This document shows, in pieces, positions 55,000 to 64,000 of a DNA stretch of 64,000 bases; within the stretch, counting starts at the first letter, position 1; each line of letters begins with the position of its first letter. This stretch comes from the human T2T-CHM13v2.0 reference genome, Homo sapiens. The notes under the pieces were generated by a model that did no database searches, was not told the DNA's origin, and saw only the letters and a program-made list of their open reading frames with translations. The translations under genes were made by a program, and so were the position numbers. Where the stretch lies: NCBI RefSeq assembly GCF_009914755.1, contig NC_060945.1; one strand, given 5' to 3'.

Positions 55000-55420
55000 C
55001 ACAAAAACTTCTGGTCAATTTTATCTCCTAAAAATATCTCTTTGTCCATTCTTTTCTTATGCCCTTTAATCCATACTCAAAGTTTTCATTACCACCTGTA
55101 CATAGAAGACTCTCAACTTTTATTCCTAGCTCAAGATCCACATATACGATGGTGTCTTCAACATCTCCACTTAGGTAGCTCAATGTAGCAAGATTTTATA
55201 TCCATGCTTTTCCTTCCTGCTGGCCCTCAGTCTGGTCTTCTGTGTTTCTTTTACCTCCAAACAACATCACCACGTATATGCCGATGAGAAACCCAATATA
55301 TGCTTGAAATTTGCCTTTTTATCACCTATCATATCTAATCTATTACAATTCTTTTAAAATTATACATTTTTGTCTCCCTGGAACACCTACTATCTTTTTC
55401 CACTGCAGCAATTTATGTGA
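55000..55420 (+). mobile_element. L2 fragment
   Basis: gactctcaacttttattcctagc..tcttcaacatctccacttaggt. Confidence 0.55.
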
Positions 55421-56036
55421 AGTCACAAAACATTAGCGTGCTGGTACTCAGTGCAGTATTAATGAGTTATTACCTCATAAAATTAAAGATGAGCACGTTT
55501 CACTCTTCTTAGGAAATGTCTCGCAGAATAATTTGGGGGTAAACACTCATTTGGGGTGGAAAGGAGTCATATTACATAAACAAAATAACCATTTGAAATA
55601 CATGTGATTTCCAGTTGAAAATGTGTATTTAAATTATGGCTTCAAAGAAGATGGAACTTTGATCACTTTATCTTTTAAAGATGTTTATGTTTCTATATAT
55701 AGTTATATAAATATAAATCTAGTTTTATAGAAGTGATCGCTACAGCAAGTACTTTTCAGGAACGATAGGCTATAAAATAAATACCTCATCAAAAGGATTT
55801 GCTCAAAGCTACAAATAAAATCACGGCACAATTATCTCTAAAGAACCCAAATCGAAGGTGGATGGGTGAGTGACATAAGTGGCAATAATTCTGGTGTGTG
55901 GAATAGTGTAATGGCAGTAAGGCTATAAAAATATACCCAAGTGTCTGACTTTATCAAAATGTACTTTATAGAAGCTTTTCATTTTTATATTTTAAAATCT
56001 AAATAACTCGTTTAAAGTTGTTGATTTATATGATGC

Positions 56037-56344
56037 TTTTTTTTTTTTTTTTTTTTTTGAGACAGAGACTCGCTCGTCGCCCAGGCTGGAGTGCAGTGGC
56101 ACGATCTAGGCTCACTGCAAGCTCTGCCTCCTGGGTTCACACTATTCTCTTGCCTCAGCCTCCCAAGTAGCTAGGACTACAGGTGCCCGCCACCACACCC
56201 TGCTAATTTTTTTTTTTTTTTTTTTTTTTTGTATTTTTAGTAAAGACGGGGTTTCACCCTGTTAGCCAGGATGGTCTCGATCTCCTGACCTTGTGATCCG
56301 CCCGTCTCGGCCTCCCAAAGTGCTGGGATTACAGGGGTGAACCA
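56037..56344 (-). mobile_element. AluY-type, slightly 5'-truncated, middle A-tract expanded to 24 nt
   Basis: Perfect TSD tatatgatgctttt 56027-56040 and 56345-56358; T24 at 56207-56230. Confidence 0.93.
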
Positions 56345-56469
56345 TATATGATGCTTTTATAAACATATTATTTATTTTAGACTTTCAGCAGCCTTGGTGA
56401 CATACATGCTTTCCACTTTAACGTGTTGCCTAGTACTTTTTTTCTTAAAATTTGAGAAAAGAATAAGAG

Positions 56470-56680
56470 CTTGATGTAATCCCTGCTTCAACATTTTTTT
56501 GCTGCATAACTTTGGGTAATGTTGATAACGCATCGCACTTCTCTGAGCCTTGGTTTCCAGCTGTATAGTTGGAACAATGGGAATGCTAATGCTTACCTCA
56601 AGCTGGTTATTGTGAGGGTAAAAAATGTAAAAGATTCCTAACAGTCATTACTTAGGCACTCAATAAGTAGTAGCTCTCAA
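56470..56680 (+). mobile_element. MIR SINE
   Basis: cacttctctgagccttggtttcc...gttattgtgagggtaaaa...aggcactcaataagt. Confidence 0.7.
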
Positions 56681-58944
56681 TGACATTAATATTGATCTTT
56701 TGTTTTTGAGCCTTTGCTTATGATCATGGGTAAAATTATACTGTTTAATTTTGCAAAGCCAAAAAATATAATTTATAGGAATAAAATGAGATCAAAGCTT
56801 AAGTAGTTTTATTATTATCTATAGAAGGCAGTGGTTTCTAAGGTTATTTTATTAGACAGAGATAATTTGGGACATGAATTTGAATCTATTGAATGAAGCA
56901 GTGAGAGTTCAAGTGCAACATTTTATGGCAGATAACTGATAAATGAAAATTTAAATTCGGGAATGTTGAAATTGAATAGAACCATTGGGACAACATAAAC
57001 CATGATTTTTCAGAATGTAACACTTGAGCCTAAAGAAGTTAATTAATTTCACATAATCACATAACAGATTAGCAAAAGAGAAAGTAAAAAATATATTTTT
57101 AAACTCCAGTCTTAGGCTGTTTTTAATGCTGCATAATGAAATGAAGAGAAAATTAATTTCCAGGTTATTTCCTTATTTTATAGGCAGAGTGCTTTGGATA
57201 GAAAATGTCTAAATTCTTTTTATATCATCACAGAGATATAAATCATTGGCTGTGCTTGCAAACATCATTCTACGTATCTGTAAGTATTCCTGGAGAAACT
57301 TAGGTGTTGGCTAAGCTTCTGGGTAAAACTTTTTAACTGCACTCACTTATTAGTTATGACCTGGAGGAAATGCATAAGCTTCATTCAGCATGCTGTTCCA
57401 GTGAGAATAGTCACTTCACAATATAGATCCTGTTTGTGTGCTTGGTGTAGAAACATATGTGGCCATGACCCTTGCCCTCTAAGAGTACATGGTCTAATGA
57501 AGAGGAAACCCATAAATGGATCAATGCAATTCAATAAAGAAGGTGCAGAAATATGGGTATAAAGGAGGTATTATGACAGTACCTAGCAGCAATATTTACC
57601 TGTGGTCAAATTACTACTGACTAACAGATTTTCTGGTCAAGAAATTGCAGAAACAATAGCCAGATGTCTATGCAGATGGTAATAAGACTACCATCACCTT
57701 AACTTGCTTCCATTAGCAAAAAGGGCTGTTGGGAAATAGTACTCTGTTTTCAGAAAAACAAAAATATGTAATAACATTACCATAACCGTGTATCATTTCT
57801 GTATACTCCTTTGAGAAAACAGAGTGAGAATCTGTTTTCTAAACTTCCAGCTAGCAAGATTTATACTTCCACCTTCAGAAAACACACCCAACTTCAATCA
57901 AAAAAAGGTTATTTTCCATACTTCCTTTCTTTCACAATATGAAAAGAAATTCTAAGCAAGAACAAGAAAGAAAGTCAGGCAGCTGTTTGGACCATTACTG
58001 AATAATCATGGTGCTCAGCACTATTGTTTCCTTTTAATGTTAATTTAAAATATGCCAGGCTCTGTCAAACACACTGGTAAATGCAGCATTTTAAGGAAAC
58101 TTTGGGCTGAAACACATAATATTTTATTTCAAAGAAATAAAAGGAAAGCAACCAGATGCCACATTATAATTTCCTGTCGGTTTGCAGGGAAGTAGCAGTC
58201 CATTATTCTGGAGTAGAAAAAAATAGTGAATGGGATGTTCTAGAACCTCCCTGAATCAGTTATATCTCATGAAATCACCACAGTAAACAAATGTAATTAT
58301 TTTTCCTAGAGCCAACATTGTAGCCTTCTTGCAGAGATTTGTGCTCTTTGTGAGGTTCTTTTATTATGACAAAATAACAATAAATGACACCATGTAATAG
58401 CTAATAACATTGTTATGTCCCTTTATTATTTTTTCAGCATGACGAAATGTAACAAAGTATTAACATTCATCTAAATCAAAAGATAATTCATTTGAAAGTT
58501 TTCAAAATTTTGTTGTTTGATATTTTATCTTAATTGAAGCCTTTTAGAATCCATCAAAATCAGTGTATGTCTAAGCTCTTCAGTCAATATTTTTGTCAAA
58601 AACATTCATTTATATGTTATACTTAACAATCATTACATTCTTTATAAAAGGTATCGGTAAAGGAATTAAGTACAAAGAAAAAAACTGGTTAAGGAAGATT
58701 TGAACCAGAAAGTAAATAGGAAATGTTTTCCCCAAATGATCTTCCCTTGTATAGTCAGGATGAACGGAAGATTGGGCAAAAGACATAAATCTTAAATTTG
58801 AAAGGAATGAAAAAATACGAGGGTAGAAAGCAACACACAGCCTGAGTTGAAAATCGGGTTTGCTTTTGAAATTAAGATTTGAGTAAAAAGAAAAATAATG
58901 CCTTTTCTTGGATAACTCAGTTGTTAATTTAACAATATGCATAA

Positions 58945-59230
58945 ACCATCTACATATGCTACACGGTGTTCTAATCTATGTAGGTTCAGGAAAAAATAAA
59001 ACCCCAATTCCTGCTTTATGGACTTTATAGTATAGTGGGTGGACAGAGACAATAAAGAAATTGAATACATTCCACTATGTCCGGGAATTATAAAAACAGC
59101 AAAAAAAGTGAACTCCGGGAATTGAGGGTCTGGGTAGGAGTGTGTAGATACTGTGGTCTAGGAAGACCTCTCTAACGAGATACTCAAATAAAGTGAGGGA
59201 GTGAGGTTTGCTGATTTATGAAGTGAATGG
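58945..59230 (-). mobile_element. L2 3' fragment
   Basis: ttcctgctttatggactttatagtatagtggg..gtggtctaggaagacctctct. Confidence 0.55.
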
Positions 59231-60521
59231 AGATTAAGAGCTTCCTCTTATGGGAACCAAAGAAATATGGAAGTTTATATGTAACAATTTTCAAAATAGG
59301 AATCAAATACAAACAAGGAACAGGTAAGAGGACATTTCAGCATTTGTCAAAAAATGGATATATCCATATGACTAAATAAAGATTTAAAAATTAGGCTGTG
59401 AATAAAAATTAGGTTGTGGAAAAACAAAGTTTTATAGATGTAATAATGGAATTAAATTATACATACATTAAAGTAATATCAAAATTAAAATATTTCTATA
59501 TATGTACATAAACTTATATATAAATAAAAATAAAGGACTATATAATATATATAAATGGAAATGAGGCATATTTTTGTGCCTTCGGAGCCAATGATCATCT
59601 TCCTAATAAGGATATCAAAATTAATTCTTGAAGAATGTGTGTGCTGATTTGTTTTCAGACTATTGTTTTCCTACCCTCTTGAGAAACTTTAAAATATGTT
59701 ATTTTTTTCATCTTTAAAAAACATGCAGTGTGAGGTTGAGAGACAGAGTAGCTTGTTCTCAGCAGCTGTGCAATGCTAACATGTTGTGAATATTCAACAA
59801 ATATTAAGTGACATTGAAATATGAATTGATGGATAATGAATCACTTTAGGGAATTATTCTGCCAAAATGTTTTGGAAGATCTATGAAATGTTTGACAAAT
59901 CCAAAAGATCTTAAGCTTTGCCTTTGCTGAGATTTATTTATTTATTTATTTGGAGGGATGGGGAGACAGGTTCTTATTTTTCATCTGGCTCATTATGTCC
60001 TTCTGTTAGAGAGTAATTCATGTTCAAATCATATTACTTTAACTTTTGTTAAGCAATTGATTTCTCAGTGGTTATATAATTGGAAAAACAGAACATCTAG
60101 AAAAATTGCCTCTTTTTATTAAGTAGAGAAATAAAATTGATTAAGCAGAAACTTAATTATAGTAATGGACTGACCCAGACGTGGTGAATGAGCACCAGGA
60201 CAAGACACAAATGTTGCATTTAGAGAGTTTATACCTAACGGCATTATCTTTAGCATTACTTAAGTAAGGGGAAAAAATCCATAGCTTATAAAATAATTTT
60301 TCCTCTATTTTCTTCTGTTACATGCAAGTTAACAGGATCTTTGTCTAAGATCTATATGGCTATTTTAACATAATAATTATTTAAAAATTATCTCTCTTTA
60401 AATACCAAGTAATTTTAGCCTACTCTCGGCTCCTTTAACATCCCAGCCACATTTGTTCTGTGTATACTAATCACTGTAGTTACATAAAGCTTCTTATAAT
60501 GCCTGTAATATGAAAAATTGT

Positions 60522-61052
60522 ATGGATTAGTCAGGATTCTTAAAGTTGAAAATTAGAAAAGCCAGCTTAAGGAAAAAGAGGTGACTGCTCATTAGAATAT
60601 GGGGATTTATAATAGTAAAGAAAATAATGCAGCCGAACGTCAGATAGGGCAGGACGCAGCAGTAAAAGACTGTTGGCAACTGGATCATTCTTTCACAATT
60701 TCTTGATCCTGTTTCTCTCTGTGCATTGGCTTTATCCTTCTCTTTTGTCAGACTGCTTTTTTTTTCTTTTTTCTTCTACTCAATCCACATGATGGCAGAA
60801 AAATAAAACAGATACCGTCATATATGGTAGAATTCAAGCCATATGAAGATATGAACTCTTTTGATCTTAATTCCTAATTCTCAAGGAAGTGACTTGAGCC
60901 CAGACAGGGTAGAATGTACAATTATTTTAAGAGGCCATTGCATAAATATGGCAGCTAAGTGCTAACTGTATGGCTATCAGTAGGTCTGAAGTGGATGTGT
61001 GTAATTAAGTGGATCGTTGTGAGTTGGAAGATATTCAACAGAGTCCACTATG
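60522..61052 (-). mobile_element. Old MLT1 MaLR LTR
   Basis: ggattagtcaggattctt...tgtttctctctgtgcattggctttatccttctc. Confidence 0.55.
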
Positions 61053-61399
61053 TCACATAAGTGAAGTTCTGTCTAAAAGTGTCCTTCTCAAGTACTTTAC
61101 TTTTCATACTAACTATAATTTTTAGGACAACATCTTCATGGTTCAAAATCAATTTTTCAATCTATCTCTTAAATCATGTTAAAAGAGAAATGATCAACAA
61201 AGCAATTCTCCTAGATATAGCTATAAAATGGAAAAAATTATTAACATAATTACCTGCAGGTTCAGGAAACTGAAGTATGACAAGCAGATTTGGGAGTAGA
61301 GACAAGACTTGGGGAAAACAATCACGAGAACAGGGTGACTGCCTCATTTTTTGTGTGTTTTGTTTTGCAGCTTTGCCCTGAATGGAGCCACAGTCACAG

Positions 61400-63260
61400 T
61401 GGCATGGTGTAGGGATAGCTCAAACTCTGGTAGAAAGTCCACTGGCTTACTGGCTACCAGAAATAGGGCAAGAAACAGGGCAACCAGAGTCTCCAGAGAG
61501 TGATAGGAGAACATCAGAAATGAGAGAGTTAGAGGAAGAGAACCCCAATGTTTGCATTTAAACTCCACACAGAGACTGGGGCACAAACTGTGACTAACCA
61601 TTCAACCACATATTGAATGGGAAAAAATGGAAACCAGCTCACAGCTATAATTCAAGGAATTGAATTGAGATCAAAACTGCAGCCCACCGCAGACATACCT
61701 GTTTGCACTTTGAGTCTAACCAAGTTAATCTCTTGCTAAAACAAAAGCATCAACACTTTTTGGAACAATATACAGAATCCAGATTCTCCACAACCTAATA
61801 TTCAGAATGTCCAGGATACAGTCCAATATTATTCACATACAAACAGCCAGGAAAATGTGATACAGTTTCAGGGGAAAAGACTATAAACAGATGACAACAG
61901 ATGAGGTTAGCAGATGTTGAAATTATTAGACAAGTATTTAAAGAAGCAGTTATAATTTTTCACAGTGACATAAAGAATATAGACTTGCATTGAGTGAAAT
62001 AATATATCTGCAAATATTTAAAAAATTGAAAATTTTAGAGCTAAAGATCTTAGTATTTAAAATAAAAAATCCACTGGGTAGGCTTAAGAGGCTACTGGAA
62101 ATGGAGATAAAAGGGTCAGTAAATCTGAAAACATATTAAAAGGAAGCAACCAATATAAAGAATGGTAATCCCCCCCAACATACTTATTAATTTCAAAGGG
62201 AAAAGGGTAGCTTTATAGTGGGGAGACAGTAAGCCACAACTTAACAAAGTGATTGAGTTGATATCACCAGTAATGAGACATAGTGATACCTTCTGCCTTC
62301 TAATATGATACACTGGAAAGGGTACAGTGTTACTTCTATGGTTTCCTTTATAAAAATGAATAACTGAATTTAACACGGGGAAACATCAGACAAACCAAAG
62401 TTGAGAAATATTCTACATAACAACTGGCCAGTACTTTTCAAACGTGTCAAGGGCATGAATAATAAAGACTGAAGACCTCTTCCAGAATGAGAGATTAACT
62501 GCAGTGTATGGCCCTGTATTGAATGGTGAGTCAGAAAGAGAACACTATAGGGCAAAAGATGAAACTTGAATAAAGCCTACACATTAGTTGGTAGTGTGTT
62601 ATCAATGTTACTAGTGAGATTTTGCAAATTGTATGTGCTTATGAATGTATTGTTAAGAAATTCATTTTCTTTAAATAAATTTGTAATTCTAATGCAATCT
62701 AACTCAAAACCCCAGCATGTTTTTTTTTGCAGAAATTGACAAGTTGATTCAAAAATTTATGTAAAAACCAAATGAACAAGAATAGACTCTTTTAAAAAAG
62801 AGAAAAAATGGCGGAACTTAAATGATCTCATTTTATGACTTACTACAAATAAATAGTAATAAAAGAGGGTGGTATTGGAGAAAAAAATAGACAGATAAAT
62901 AAATGGAAGACAATAGATAGCCCAGAAATAGTTCCAAATATAACTGGCTGATTGATTTTTGAAAAAAGTATTAAAGAATTTCAATGGGGGAAAGAAATGC
63001 TGTTTCCAAAATGATGTTGCAACAACTTGATATTTATATGGAATAAAATAGACATTGAATTTTACCTAACACTGTATACAACTTTTAGCTAAAAGAATTT
63101 CATAATTACTATCAAAACTAGGAAACTCCTAAAAGAAATAAAGGAAAAAGTTATTTGTCTTCTTGAGATGAGCCAATATGTCTTCCATGGAATACAAAAT
63201 GCTTGAATAATTTTTTTCAGAAAGGATCAATTAGACTTGATCAAAGTTAAGACATGAAGC
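61400..63260 (+). mobile_element. Mosaic of old L1M fragments (5'/ORF1 region, L1MC 3' UTR at ~62160-62650, ORF2 3' part)
   Basis: aatgtccaggatacagtcc; gaaacatcagacaaaccaaagttgag; gcagaaattgacaagttgattcaaaaatttatg. Confidence 0.7.
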
Positions 63261-64000
63261 TTCATAATGGGGATCAAGTATATATTTATATAACCAGGGA
63301 GTCCTCATCCTCCACCCCGACTTTCTTCATAATGTTTTTCATCTTTAAGGCCTAATTATACAAAAATCCAATTTGGTAGGTACTGCCAAAGCAATTTTTG
63401 CTTGTAATTGACAAGAAGTAATGTTTCATGAGCTACATTTACCTGTATGTTGGGTTGCTTTATATTCACTTCTGTCTAAGCTGAATGTTTAGGAAGGTTA
63501 CTTTCTACTCAATACACATAACATTCTCACTAAAGTTAAACCATATGGGAGTCATTTCCACTGAACATATAAAGACTGGAAGGAGACAAAAAGCAATAAA
63601 TTTCCTATTTTCTTTCATTTGAGGGCTTAGCATGACCAAGGCACCTGTTTTGTGGTAAGACAAAGGCTCAAAAGTGAAGTGTGGAAAAAGTTTTCAAAAA
63701 ATGGGAGAGGTGGCTCTCTGAACTGGAAAACCTGGAAATGTGATAGCTAATAATCTCAGGATGGTCTAAGCTAATATTAGTAGCATGTAAACCTAAATTA
63801 GGCCTTTCTACAGCGGACTTATGCTCCTGAGAAAACATTTCTAGCAAATGGCAACATGTTGAACAAAAAAATCCCCCATTACATCTCTGACACTCTCACA
63901 GTATTTGTCAATTATTCAGCTCGACAGCAACTCACAAAGCTTTTGCACAAGCAGTTTTTCAAAGTTTTGAAATTCTTGTGGATGTGGATGTAATTCTCAT

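Overview
AT-rich, CpG-poor primate (almost certainly human) non-coding DNA with no credible protein-coding gene. Much of it is transposon-derived: nine Alus, an L1PA7-like element, old L1M, L2, L3 and MIR fragments, two ERVL/LTR16 remnants, MaLR and MER34 LTRs, and hAT MITEs. Two recollections point tentatively to human chr21q21.3, neither checked by a search. (i) 2929-3976 matches my memory of the CpG-free '21q21 MAR' used in CpG-free expression plasmids. (ii) A two-exon, ~0.5 kb polyadenylated + strand unit at 28.3-29.2 kb fits LINC00161 (HORAS5/C21orf100). The most unusual structure is the L1 at 8.4-13.0 kb. It keeps both ends but has two internal deletions, one fusing ORF1 in frame to ORF2 and removing the endonuclease, plus an apparent ~125-bp 3' transduction closed by a displaced TSD. 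It is a candidate trans-mobilised L1 derivative with a traceable source tag. Also present: a TSD-flanked poly(A)-only insertion, a 158-bp pure pyrimidine Alu-tail expansion, a 14-bp perfect inverted repeat, a near-perfect RFX box, and candidate non-coding exons on both strands. Repeat subfamily names come from recognition by eye and boundaries of old repeats are approximate.
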